A stretch of 64,000 nt of DNA, taken from assembly GCF_006345805.1 (NCBI RefSeq), contig NC_043001.1, positions 90,892,001-90,956,000 of the forward strand, given 5' to 3'. Below are positions 1 to 14,100 of this stretch, piece after piece. This DNA is from Octopus sinensis (Eukaryota). How positions within the stretch are numbered: position 1 is the stretch's first letter; every line of letters begins with the position of its first letter. Position numbers and translations under genes: made by a program. The notes under the pieces are model-generated. The model had not been told where the DNA came from, did no database searches, and saw only the letters and a list, made by a program, of their open reading frames with translations.

Positions 1-1197
1 TATATTTGTCTGGCAGTGTGTGTTTGCATGTTTGTTGTGTATGTTAAGCTGATGACTGATGTGTATGTGTGAGAGAGGATATGTGTCTGTCAGTATACAC
101 ACACCTAAAGACAGATACACACAGGGACAGGTAGTCCTGGGGTGTGCGTGAATGTATGTCTGTGTGTGTCTTTGTATATGTATGTGACTGTACTGCCCAA
201 CAGTGAAACACGCTGAGATTGAAAGTTCAGTTTAGTTGCGAGCTGGATGTTGAATGAACAAGAGTTCACTTTGAAGTACCACTGTTTGAATTTTCTTATT
301 CATCATGGAGAGTTCCTGTTTAAACAGCATTAATGATTATCACTACTTATGTGCTGAAATATTCTGGTTTTCATAACCAACATGAAGATTTGGCTGATTT
401 GACAGCACTTGCAAATATATCTGAAAAAAAAAAAAGTTATTCTGGTTATTATAGCAAATTCAGAAACTTGGCAAAGTAGAAAACCTTAGTGACTTTTTCA
501 GTATAATTACAGAAATGTTATTCTAGTCCTTATAACCAGTTTGAAGACAATGCTTTTTTTTTTTTTTAACACTCCTAGCTTCCTTACTATATTCCTGTTG
601 TGCTTTATCTGTGTGAATATTCAATGCTGCTCAAACTTACTGCATTAGCCAGTATTTACTCTACAGTCTATAACACTTACACAGTTAAAAATATGTAGCA
701 ATATCAAATTAATTAGTCTTGCTACATACATCCTTCAGCAAATGTTTTAAATTAATTTTCATAACAGCAACATATTCCTTTGTACACACTTTGTTCAGTG
801 TTCATTTAAAAATTTTTAAATAATAAATCAATTTTTGTATGAAAAACTGAATTATGCCTTCTGAATTTTCCTGGAGCTTGACTTTCTTCACTGTGACATT
901 CAATCCTGAAGTTTATAACATTTAGTACATGTTCCAAATAAATGTAGACTTTGTTACATTGGTGACTTTTCAATACTGGAATCTTTCTTTTGGGAATATT
1001 CCTGAAAAAATTTTTTTATAGCATAGCTATGCTACAGAAAGTATGTTTTGCACCTATATTGACTACATTTTGTTTTGCTTGAACTTCATGTGTGTACATT
1101 TTGCTGTTTTCAATATTATCAATTCTAGGAGTGTCTGTATATTTCCATGTTTTTAACTTCTGTAGTAAACTACAGTAAAGGACATTTTATACTGTTT

Positions 1198-2940
1198 TAA
1201 TGAGTCCACATCAAATGAAGTAGCCATTCTTAGGGTAGGTGATCCCCATGAAAATCGTATTCTCATTCATGCTTGTGATAACAACCTAAACATATTCCAG
1301 AGAATCCTCCCTCTTATGATGCTCTCCAGTATCCTATTCTGTGGAATGGTCAAGATGGGCGTCATTTCAATATTCCACATATTGAATCTGCAACAGGAGA
1401 GCCAATTACAAACAAAAAGGTGTCATCAAATTACTTCTAATCTTACTAACTGATGCTAAGACTAGAACAATCAAATCAATTACACATATATCGTGATCTA
1501 TTTCAGCAATACCTGGTTGATATGTATGCTAAAGTTGAGTCAGCATCTCCTCTACATTCGTAACAATAAAGAAAAGTTAAGAGCTCAAAATTATGTTCAT
1601 CGCCAAGATGCCCTGAGGACAGATGGTGATATTCAAAACATAGGGCAACTTATAATCCTCCCATCATTCACAGGTGTTCCTCGGTATATTCACGAGACGA
1701 ACACAAGATGCTATAACATGCCAAGACATGGAAAACCAGATTGTTTTGTCACTTTCACCTGCAATCCTAAATAGGAGGAAATAAAATCTAACCTCCTTCC
1801 AGTGTTTCATCTTCTGGTATTGCAGCTACCCTCATCAATGGGGGAAGGACTGCTCATTCCATGTTCAAGCTCCCTCTAATTCTTGCAATGAAAGAATCTC
1901 AAATTTGCAACATTTTTCCAAAACTCTGCAATGGCAACAGTTCTCAACAAACCTGCCTCATTGTTTGGGAGGAGTGCACTGTCACATCGTGGAGCTCCAG
2001 AGGTACTTGACTGTACCCTCCAAGACATAAAAAAAAACAGCATGCTCATGGGAGGAGTAATGGTTCTTCTTGCTGGAGATTTTCATCAAATGTTGCCAGT
2101 TGTCCCCAAAGGCTCAAAAGCTGATGAGGTCAATGCATGCTTCGAAAAATTGTACCTTTGGAGACATAAAAAAACTTCATCTTACAAGCAACATCGGAAT
2201 AATTCTACAAGGTGATCATACAAGCTTCTTAAGGTTGGTAATGGGATATTATTCAACTCAAATTACATGCAGTCAAATGATACTTTCTCTTAGGGATCTT
2301 ATGGATAAAGTATTCCCTAATTTATGACAATTACACTGATGTAAACTCGCTATGTGAAACAGTTATACTAGCTCCAACTAATGAAATGGTTGAGAAACTC
2401 CATCATGAACTTCAAAAGTTAGATACATCAGAAATGACTTTTTGATTAATTGACAACAGTCGATCAAGATGAGGTTGTTCAACACCCTGTTGAATTTCTA
2501 AACCCACTGGGACGCCACCGCATAATTTGACACTAAAACTGGGTGCTCCCATTATGTTGCTTAAGAATCTTGGCTCATCTCACCTCTGTAATGGAACTCA
2601 ATTGTTACTTCCATGAAGCCACATATCCTACAGGCAACAATCATAACAGGTAGTCACAAAGGAGAAAATGTCTTTATTCCAAACATTCCTCTCATACCCT
2701 CAGATATTCCATTTGAATTTAAGACACTTCAGTTTCCAGTTGAACTAAGTTTTGGTATTTCAATTAACAAATCCCTCCTCTCTACTACATGCTTCTCCTA
2801 TGGCCAACTCTATCAGTACAATTTGGATATTTTAATAAAATATAGGTATTTTGGAATAATTATGAGAATATATCTTTATATTGTCTACTAATCTGAATAA
2901 GAACAGCAGTAACCCAGGCAACTCTGGGTCATTCAGCTAG
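1198..2940 (+). mobile_element. Helitron relic (Rep/helicase pseudogene, internally deleted)
   Basis: Broken frames give YDALQYP, IILPSFTG.PRY, GKPDCFVTFTCNP (Rep N-terminal region) and SSGIAATL, GGRTAHSMFKLPL, VLLAGDFHQ.LPV, QFPV.L.F..SINKS (PIF1 helicase); ends with a hairpin (2912-2929), CTAG (2937-2940) and T. Confidence 0.92.
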
Positions 2941-2983
2941 TATACATATATATATATATAGAAAATTTATTTTTTCTTTTAAG

Positions 2984-3124
2984 CCTCTTCCTGTTGATAC
3001 ACTTCAAGGATGGACACTGTATTCTTTTGATAATGGTACTAGAATATGGTGGCACAACTTTACCATATCGGGTGCTAGCATTACAGTCTTTGCTTCTTTT
3101 GGTGGAGTTGCAGTGTCATCAATG
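2984..3124 (+). CDS. Exon A (PLPVDTLQGWTLYSFDNGTRIWWHNFTISGASITVFASFGGVAVSSM), start of START-like domain 1
   Basis: ttttcttttaag acceptor, ATG|gtaagt donor, 47 open codons; GW..Y..D.G.RIW resembles the START N-terminal strands; phase 0 fits the next exon. Confidence 0.8.
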
Positions 3125-6100
3125 GTAAGTACAATACTGTTGGCTTAAAAACTGATTGGTTAGGTAAACATTTTTTTTAAATTCTGGAAACAAATCTTGC
3201 ATTTCTTCAGCAAGCTAAACTCTTTTGTAAACTTAAGATATTTTCTTGCTTGCATGACTGGAAGATTTTGAAAATTTGGGTGTTATATATTGTTGGAACA
3301 ACTGAATTTACACTGAGAGCAAGTTCTCATCCTACTTTCCACCTGTGTTTGGGACTGGATGTCTTTGTTTTGATGCATTCAGGAGTAGTGATGTTCAATT
3401 TTTATGTTGAGCTGCATTATTTGAACTTGGCTCAAACTTACAAGAAGACTTGCATCCATTGTATGACTAATGAAACATACACGATTATACTGCTCCTACT
3501 ATATTTATTGCCAGGAGTCAGTCTTTTGTCCAGTATCTACTTACAAATAGATAGCAAGCTATTAAAATTAAGCATCCTTGCAATATACATATTAGTATCT
3601 GCAGCAAAGTACAAACTCAACTTGTAACCTAGAATAGTTTTATTTTTCATAAGTATTTTTGTATAACTTGGCTCATTTGTCAAAGAACTGCGTAAATTTT
3701 GAAACTAAAAAAAATCGGCCAGTCAAAAGATCTAATTGATAATGCGATTAAGACAAAAAGTTAATAAATATCTGAGTGCACACACAAATTTGGAAAGGAT
3801 AGACTTACCTGTTGTGCAAGCAGAGAGTAAATGAAACTAAACATATTGTCTACATTAGTGTCATTGCCAACATAGTGTAAACATTAACACTCAGACAAAA
3901 GTGCAATGAAATCTTACGAGAGAAACTTCTGATATTGTAGAATCTAATTTAAATTATGCGGTAATTAGGTGTACTAAAAGGTTAATAAATGTAGTTTTGT
4001 TTACCCTAACCAATTTGTCTTAAATTATTAATTTATCAAGCCCGTTTAACAAATTTTTAACTTGGTTTTAAGACTTCCAATGAACCATCAATTTGAATAT
4101 TTTCAAAATACGATATAGTTATGAAACAATTTTTATTACAATCTTTTTATTTTCATAATTATTACATTGAAATGTTTTATAGATCAATGTAAGAACACTG
4201 AGCGTATCTTCAATTTCTGACTGTTTAATGTACGCATCATATGGTTAATTCTTTATTTACAGACTGTATTCCAGGTTTTAAAAGATATCAGCCACACATG
4301 GAGTTGGAAGCCTGGTGTTATGTCCACATCGTACATTTTGCGAGGCAGCAGCAAACAGAAAGCTGATCCAAGATCATCACCTTCTTTGTCTTCAGGAAGT
4401 TACTCTTCAAAGTCAGCTAATTATGATGTCATTGCTGAAGAACATTTAAAGAGTGTATCTGATGGTTCAAAATCATATAGCATACCTTGCCAAATGCCAA
4501 TCACTAATACTGAAACTGTGACATTGCAGAGGTGAGTTTGAGTTATTCCAACTTTGAACAGTACAGTTTTAAAACTTGACCTGTTAAATACATACTTAAA
4601 AAAAAAAAAATAAATGCACCCTTTTAAAGCCTAGCCAGGCTCATGGGCCCGGTTTCCCAGTTTCTATGGTGTGTGTGTTCCCCAGCTGGACGGGACACCA
4701 GTCCATCGCAGTGTTACTCATTTTTGCTAGTTGAGTAGACTGGAGCAATGTGAAATGAAGTGTTTTGCTCAAGAACACAACGCGTCGCCTGGTCCAGGAA
4801 TCGAAACCACAATCTTACGATCATGGTGCTGACACCCTAACCACTAAGCCACTGCCAGAATAAATAAACTCGCATTGTAGCTATTCACAAATTTCACAGT
4901 CATTATCTTAGTTTTAATGTGCTCTTTTCCATGCTTGGTTGCGCCAGATAGAATTGACTGAAGTAGATTTTCTAAGGCCTGATGCCCTTCCCTATCACCA
5001 GCCCCTACATGTTTTCATGCAAGGTAATATTTCCTTGATTGGACCCCCCCCCCAAGTTTCATTTTCTTAACTCTGCTCTTTAACTCTATTTCTAATTGCT
5101 GTAATTAAGACTAATTTTGTGACAATGAGTTGTATTGGTTTTTTCCCTAGATATTGGGATTGTGATAACAGTGGAGGTGGTTGGTTATTGGAATCCAATG
5201 AGAAAACAGGTGACTGGAAAGTTTATATATTTCAACCTCTCAAAGGTAAACCAATATATTTTTTTATTTCTTTTTCTCTTTAATTCATTGCTGTTCACTT
5301 TTTTTTTTTTATATAAAGCTTTTTTAATAGAAAACTTTTATCAGGAAAAGTCAGTGATCACACTCACCAGGCTCTGAGACTGGTGTGAGTTATCTGGTTG
5401 ATTGAGTTTAAACATTTCAAATTGATGGCTGTGAGAAGAGATGAATTGAAAGAAAATTCCCAGGAATTGACACAGGAAGGAAAAAGTGGTATAGTGTTTA
5501 GTCAGAGGCTTGGAAAGAAGGGTATACAACTAGCTTAATCTAAAGAGCTGGTGGTGGTGGGAGTCATTTAGTGACAAAAGAATTGATAGTAAAGTGACAG
5601 TCTGATTGGTAAAACTCAACTCATCAATACACTAAAACCTCTAGTCCACAGTTTGATGGCTTTCTTTTGGTTATAACTTAAGATGTTGTTTAGCAAAAGC
5701 AGTAACACCCTTTAAGATGTGTGAGCAATAATTTATTGTGACTTTTAACTTTTTAGAAAGTTAACCGATCAGAAGGTGAGGTATTTTCTGATTTGGGAGG
5801 TAGTTTTAAGCAATATAGTAAACGGAATTTCCAGGAGAGTTTATCAGAGATTGTGTTCAGTACTTGAAGTGACTTTAAAGGATGTTTAAAAGTGGAGCAA
5901 GTTTTTAAGACTGTTTTTTTCATGTGCTGTAATTGTATATTTGGGGGTACTTAGACAAAATTAGAGAATATTTTACTTAACCTCTATTCATGGAAGATGT
6001 GGGTTTTGACTTGAAGTGCCTAGATTACAGTGGGTGGCAGGCACATTTGGAAGGTTTTGGAGGAGTGAAGAGTGGTGTCATCTGCATAGGAGTGTTGGTA

Positions 6101-8112
6101 GAAGTGTCAATGAGATTCAAGTGATGAGAAATACATGACTATAGGTGTGCAATTTAGTTAAGCAGTTTTTCATGCCAGGCACTGTCAAATGTAGCGATAT
6201 TACTCATAACAAACCTGAAATGGTGTGAGGTCACTTGCAAATAACATGGCAGAGCCAGTCCCCAATAGTTTGGCTTTACAGGAGCCACACATGTTACTGA
6301 GGAAGGCAAGAGACTCAGGATGTCAGATAAAATGATTGTTATTGCTTGTATTCACTTTGAGATGTTGGAAGTGAAGGCTATAGGCTGATAGTGATTTTCA
6401 TGTTGAGTTTGGTAATTTTTCTGACTAAATATAATACGAGTCTGATATAAATTTTTGCTCATGAAAAAAGGTTGCCTCTCTATTGTAAATTCATGTAACC
6501 TCAGTAATGCAATACTTCTTACAGTAGTGAAATGTCTACCAACAGCAATGTGTTGGGTCATTGAAACTTAAGTGTCTTTCCCAAAGACATAGGACAATGG
6601 CCATGATACAATACTTATTTTGAACTGATATATTTGAAATGACATTTAAAAATAAATTTCTTTCATAATTTTTGGTTAAGAAGAAAAAATATTTCCCCCA
6701 ACTTAGTCGAATAAGGAACTTCAACCATTGTATGTGGGGAATATTTCCAAAGAGATTTTAAGTTTCTTAAATTTTGTCTTCTTTAAGTTGTGATATTAAG
6801 TGAAGTTTTTTACTACTACCATCAGCAGTTTGTGTGTGCGTGTCTGTGTCTCTGTTTGGGGCTGTGTTTACGTGTGTTTATAGCTACAAAAGGTATTAGT
6901 TTCAACAACCAGTATTCCAATTGTTTAACAATTTAATAAGCAAATCTGTTAAATCCAATTAAGTGGTTGAATATTCCACAGAAATTTGTTACCTTTAGTG
7001 TAATCGTTATACAGAATCCACATGATGTGGTGTGAGACTTTTCTGAATTTCATTGTCCTGGCCATTTGAAAGGGTATCACAAGATTGTCCACTCAGACAT
7101 TTTTTTTATAAACATAAATTTTCTTTGTTTCAGATACTTTCCAGTGCTTGATAACTATTTTAGTACATGAAAAACTCCAATCTCCAATTGCTACAGCTGC
7201 CATAACTTCTCGTTTGCTTGGATCTCTTCAGAATTTTTTCTTGTACAAAAAAGTAAATCCACCAACATTTCCATACGTTTTATTTCATGTGGACAATCAT
7301 AGGATGTTTATGCAGAGGTCAGCTTCCTTCAGAAGATCTGGTCATAGCAAGGACACTAGATTTTTTAATAGATTCCGGTCACTGTTAGAAAAAAAACCAT
7401 CAATGAATTCCAAAATATTATCTAAAGAAGAACGCCAAAAGACTGAAGATATTCTGCGACCATTAACCTTTCCCTCAGAAGATTTAATGGCAAGTTGCTT
7501 AGTAGAAGATTCTACACACAGTCTAACCTCTTCTTCTGCATCATCTGGATCTGTAAAATCTTCAAAAGACACTCTGGATAATCAGAATAAATTAGCAGAT
7601 CCTGATAAGGATAGCGTGTCAGAAGACGAAGTGGATTCAAAGACAAATGGACATGCTGTATCTGGTTCACTACCACGCAGTGCTTCAGTTCCAGAAGGTG
7701 GCTATAACATTCCTACTAATTCACCTAAGGGTATGTGCAGCAAGTTTTAATTTTTTTTTCTGATTGGATTTTCTGATATATATGTATATATCATCATTTA
7801 ACGTCCGCTTTCCATGCTGGCATGGGTTGGACGGTTCAACTGGGGTCTGGGAAGCCAGAAGGCTGCACCAGGCCCAGTCTGATCTGGCAGTGTTTCTACT
7901 GCTGGATGCCCTTCCTAACGCCAACCACTCCGTGAGTGTAGTGGGTGCATTTTACGTGCCACTGGCACAGGTGCCAGATGCTGCTGGCAGACAGCCACGA
8001 TCGGATGGTGCTTTTTACGTGCCACCGGCACAGAGACCAGACGAAGCTGGCAACGGCCACGGTTGGATGGTGCTTTTTATGTGCCACCGGCATGGAGGCC
8101 AGTCGGGCGGCG

Positions 8113-8188
<76 letters not shown>

Positions 8189-11100
8189 ATAAATAAAAAT
8201 CATTAAGGTGGGGCGCTTGCTAATAGACGATGGCTAACCTCTCATGGCATGATGGCATCATCCACGGTAAAAAAAATGGGACCTGCGATGACCTATTTGT
8301 GGTTTTTATTCCAATGCTGGGCACCTGATAGGATCGGTATTTTAAATAATGATCTTATTCATATAAATTTATATATATAGTTTTCTAAGTTAACCAGGCT
8401 ACCACTAATTAAAATTTAAGTGTAGCACATAATTGGATAGGTGCTAAGTTTTTTTCCATATTTCTTATCTTAATTACTTCACTGGTACTAACTTATTAAT
8501 TATGGAATTAATGGTATTCTCTTTCAGTTTGAGTAATTAAATTGTTTAGTTAAGCTGTATCTCAAAAGTGCTAGATAAGTTTGAGCTTATTACCTGAAAT
8601 AACAGACCAGAACTTGATTACTTACATCATTAAAGAAATAAGTTTTTTTTAATTTTCAGTTTTTTTTTTTCCTTGCCTTACATGTGCTTTTTTCTTTTTC
8701 CCTTGTTCTAGATCATCGATTTGTATTTTACCAAACAGTTGCTAATGAAGCAGCAGCTACTCTCTTAAAAGAGGTAAGCTCTTTCTTGGTTACTTTTGAA
8801 GCCACTATTGACACTACTTGTAATGGTTATTACATACAACCATTTGTGTTATTTGGGCTATTCCTCTCCTGGAACTACTTCCTTTTAACATCTATCCCTC
8901 ATTTTCAATATTATCATCATCATCCTCATTTAACGTCCGCTTTCCATGCTAGCATGGGTTGGACGGTTCAACTGGAGTCTGGGGAGCCCGAAGGCTGCAC
9001 CAGGCCAGTCAGATCTGGCAGTGTTTCTACAGCTGGATGCCCTTCCTAACGCCAACCACTCCGAGAGTGTAGTGGGTGATTTTATGTGCCACCGACACAG
9101 GTGCCAGACGAGGCTGGCGAACGGCCACGCTCGGATGGTGTTTTTTTTTAAATTTAAAAAAAAAATTTTTTTTTTTTATCTCTTAGTTTATTTTCCATTG
9201 ATCAACCTTTCCACCCTAAGCTACATCTTAATACAGCATCTCATTCTCAGCACCCTTTCGTATTAGGTTTGCCATGAATTGCCCCCCTCCACTTTTGTTT
9301 GCCACTTACTCTTTCCATTCCTATGTACCTCTGACCCTCATCTAGGTCACTGTACATCTCCACTCACTCCTGCTTTACCCACCCATCCCACATGTCTTTT
9401 CCCCTTCTTTCCTCTGCAGTTTTATTACACTGTTGCTCTCACTTTTTCTGTACTGCCATTTATTTCTTTCACTCCTCTCCCAACTTGTGTTTCCTATCAA
9501 CCATGCCTCCAACTATGTTCAACATTCACTTCTGTAACCCCTATCTCTAACCATCTATCACATGCCACTTTTTATTCACCTTCATGTGTACCTTGAAGAT
9601 ATGCTCAGACACTTTTGCCATCATCTTTTTGAAATAGTGCAAGCCTTCTATAATTAGTTATTTTGCCAATTTTTTTTCCTGATATATTTAAAAAAATGTT
9701 TTCACTTGTTTCAGTCTTTGGATTGTGGCCATGCTGGGACACTGCCTTGAGGGGTTTTAGTTGAACAAATTGCTCCTGGTATTTATTTTTAAGCCTGGTG
9801 TGCTAGCCAGATCAATTACATTCTCACCAGTGTGGTAGCCAAATCTGTTACATTCTCATCAGACCCTAACCCCAGCATAGACTAGTCATTAGTGACCTTA
9901 GACTCCAGGCCAGAAGGATGCCAAGAAGCAGACCAATCAGGAAAAGAATTTGGAAGCTTAAGGACCCTTCAGATGGTCAGGCTTAGGGACATCCTAACTG
10001 AGAAATATGAGTGAGGAGGAGCTACAGACTTGTGACATAGAGGGCAACTGGGAATTACTGTAGGACAGTTTACTGAGTGCCACAGACCAAATCTGCAGCT
10101 GGTGCAAAGTCCCATCCAGACCTAGGGTAATGTGGCGGTGGAATGATGCAGTATACAGGGCCATTAGAGCAAAGAAACAGGCCTGGAAGAGTTGGGGTAG
10201 CAGGGAACTGTATATAGCACCACTGATGCTATATTTCTGGTAAGGCAGCAGCAGGAGAAATACATAGCCAAATATAAACCCTTGTACTTGGCTTTTGTTG
10301 ACTTCGATAAAGCCTTTGACAGTGTTCTCTGATTCCTTATCTGGTGGTCAATGCAGAAACTAGGGATAGATGAGTGATGGGTGAGAGCTGTACAAGCCAT
10401 GTATAGGAACGCTACCAGTAAGGCAGCAAAGAATTCAGGGTACATGTTGGGGTTCACCAAGGATCAGTCCTCCAGGTAGTAACAGAGGGATTTAAGACAT
10501 GCTGCCCCTGGGAGCTCCTCTATACTGATGACCTTGTTCTTATAGCTGAATCACTACCAGAACTAGAGAAGTTCCAGGTTTGGAAGCAAGGTCTAGACTT
10601 GAAGGGCCTTTAGAGTTAACCTAGCAAAAACAAAAGTCTTAGTAAGTAGGAAGGCAGACAAATCACAAATCCATCTGGTAGATGGCCTGCTCGATCTGTA
10701 GAAAAGCATAAGTAGAAGCTCTATAAGCTTTGGACACATAATAGGTGCAGCAATATCAGAAGAAGGTTAACAGGGAAAATAGCTTTGTGTGTGGAAGATT
10801 TACAGGTACAATAAACACCAAAAATAAAGAGAAAAGATTCCAACTGCCTGAGGTATAAACTAGAGATAGCTTTTGTTATCTAGGTGACCAAGTTAGTAGC
10901 TGAGGTGGATGCTCCAAGAACATAGCTATGATAATAAGAATAGGCTGGGCAAAGTTCAGAGAGCTGCTACCTCTGTTGGCAATAAAGAGCCTATTCCTCA
11001 GTGAAAGGCAATTTGTATGATGCCTGTGTGGGAACAGTTATGCTACATGGCAGTGAAACGTGGGCTGTGACAGCTGAGGATATGTGTAGGCTTGAAAGAA

Positions 11101-14100
11101 ATGAAGCCAGTCTGCTTCACTGGATATGCAGTGTGCATGTTCGACAGTGTAAGCATCTTGAGAGGAAGGTTGGGCATAAGAGGCATTAGATGTGGTGTGC
11201 AAGAGAGATGACTGCACTGGTATGGTCATGTGATGCGTATGGACGAGGGCAGCTATGTAAAGAAGTGCTGATTTCTAACTGTAGAGGGAACCTGTGGAGA
11301 GGTAGACCCGGGAAGACATGGGATAAGGTGGTGAAGCATGATCTTCAAACTTTGGGCCTCATAGAGGCAATGACTAGTGACTGAGACCTTTGGCGATATT
11401 TTGTGCTTAAGACCCGTCAAGCCAAGTGATATCATAGCCGTGGCTGATGCTGGTGTCATGTAACTGGCACCCATGCCAGTGGACCATAAAAAGCACCTTT
11501 CAAGTGTTGGGCCTCACAGAGGCAAAGTGGCTGATGCTGGTGGCATGTGAAAACCTCCTTTCGCGTGTTTGGTCTCACAAGAGGCAATGACCGAGATGTT
11601 TGGTGTTATGTTTGAGAAGACCCATCAAGTAAAATTAGTCATGACAGATACTGGTGTCACATAAATAGCATTTGTGCCAGTGGTACGTAAAAACATCCAT
11701 TAGACTCTTGGAGTGGTTGGCTTAGGAAGGGCATCCAGCTGTAGAAACCATGCCAAATCAGACTAGGGTCTGGTGCAGCCTTCCAACTTGCCAGCCTAGG
11801 TCAAACCGTCCAACTCATGTCAGCATGGACAATGGATGCTAAATGATGATGGTAATTAGTCTGTTGCTCTCTCTTGCTGAACTGCTAAGTTATAGGGACA
11901 TAAGCAAATCAACACCAGTTGGCAAGCAGTGGAACTGAGAAATGCATGCACACAACTGGCTTTCACAGTTCCCACTCACTATATTCACTTAAGGCTTTGG
12001 TTGTCTAAGGCTGTACTAGGAGCTGCACTGTTGGATTGAACCTGAAGTCATGTGATTGCAGTGCAAGCTTCTTAATTGCACTGATCATTTTACATGCACG
12101 TGTCTTGGGATAATGTTTTATCTGAACTAGTAATAATTTTTTATTTATACACATTATTGCTTAGTGCTGACGCCCTGTAATGTTTTATGTAATTTTGTAT
12201 CTGATTTCCTTGTATGTTAATCATTCTACCATGTTAATCATTATATGATAAAATTAGATCAAAGGTTGTTGACAACATCTATATAATAAAGTTAATTAGC
12301 ATAATGCAACTTATAATATCCTGTATTTTTATCTTTCATCTATTGTACTTCAGCTTATTTTCACTTACAGGTCTAAATATTTATTTATTCTGTTCAGTAA
12401 AATTTATCTAACTTGTTAAAAAAAATATTGCTTTGATTAAAAAAAAACAAAAGCTTTTTTGCTTCTTTATGAGTAGAAACATTGTCATTGATAAATTTTG
12501 CAGAGGAAAATTTTTTTTTTCTTTGAACCCCACAGTTCCTGTTCATCTTTTATTGCCCGTTTATCATATTTCTGTGAAAATGCTTTGCCTTTGTTTTGAT
12601 TAATTAAAAAAAAAATGAATTTAGTAATCAACTGTCATTTATTAAGCTAGTGTTTGGAACATCAGTTTGCATGAAATTTTGATGGAAAGTTTTAATTTAG
12701 ACCACTTTAAAATTGAATCAGCAGAAGAGGCATTTTTATTAGATGCAATGAAACAAAATTCCTGCAACAAAATGGGGTAGTTTTGATCTATGTATATAAT
12801 AAGTAAAAATCCTGTTGAAGTTAGTTGTGCTTTGCATCCCTTTTGGACCAGTGAAAGAAAGTACCGGTCGAGTACTGAGGTTGATGTAATTGACTTATCC
12901 CATCTTAAGAAAGTACCAGTCGGGTACTGAGGTTGATGTAATTGACTTATCGCATCTTAAGAAAGTACCAGTCGGGTACTGAGGTTGATGTAATTGACTT
13001 ATCCCATCTTAAAATTGTTGTTCTTGAACCCTGTAGCAGACTAACATCTCAGTCAAGGGGAATGTTGTGATCTCAGTCACTTGTATGCCATGAAAACTAG
13101 GTAACTGGCCTTTCCATTGCTAGGGCTCCAAAAAGGGAAAAAATAAAAAGCTTTCTGCATCATTCACACTTGTAATGTATTTAAGATTAATTATAACCAA
13201 GAAAGTAAGATGTTAACTTTTTAGATAATTGAGAAGTCAACATTTTATAATGTATTGGTAAAGGCACTAAGCATATTTTGCATTAGATTAGCTGGAAGCA
13301 GAGCAGATAAAATTAGAGAAAGAATAGCTGTTTGGAATGTTGAACTAATTAGAAACTGACAGGTAGTTATCTAGTTTATGAAATGAAACAGAACCAGTGA
13401 TGGGCTACTATATATTATGTTTATTTTTTCAATCATGTGAGATTGCTCTCTTTCTCTTTACAGCTAACTCTATCCAGCAACATTGATTTACAATCTCAAA
13501 CAGAGAACAACAATTTGACTGGACGTTGGGTGTAAGTAAAAGTGTTTCGAATTTTGTTGTTTAGCTAACCTTAACTAGTTAAGATCAATCAGATTTTATA
13601 ATTGAATTTTAAGGCCGAATATTCTGTGTAACTAATGACTTTTAATGTTTAACCTTGTACATGTGTAAAAATTCTGTTATTCTTTTATTCTTTCAGTCAA
13701 TTGACTGTGGCCATGCTGGAGCACCGCCTTTAGTCGAACAAATTGACCCCAGAACTTATTCTTTGTAAGCCTAGTACTTATTCTATCGGTGTCTTTGCTG
13801 AACCGCTAAGTTACGGGGGATGTAAACACACCAGCATCAGTTGCCAAGCGATGTTGGGACAGACAGACACGCGCGCACACACACACACACACATATATGT
13901 ATATCTACATACACGACGGGCTTCTTTCAGTTTCTGTCTACCAAATCCACTCACGAGGCTTTGGTCAGCCTGAGGCTATAGTAGAAGACATTTGCCCAAG
14001 GTGCCATGCAGTGGGACGTAACCCAGAACCATGTGGTTGGTAAGCAAGCTACTTACCACACAGCCATTCCTGCACCTGTATGTCTGTATTATTTGTTGAG

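Noticed and set aside
220-340. 33-codon open stretch as an upstream exon of the START gene
   Set aside because: No convincing acceptor/donor pair in a compatible phase and no recognisable motif.
12857-13012. CRISPR-like array (also considered for 36951-37102)
   Set aside because: Contiguous tandem units with no unique spacers, no cas genes, and a eukaryotic context.
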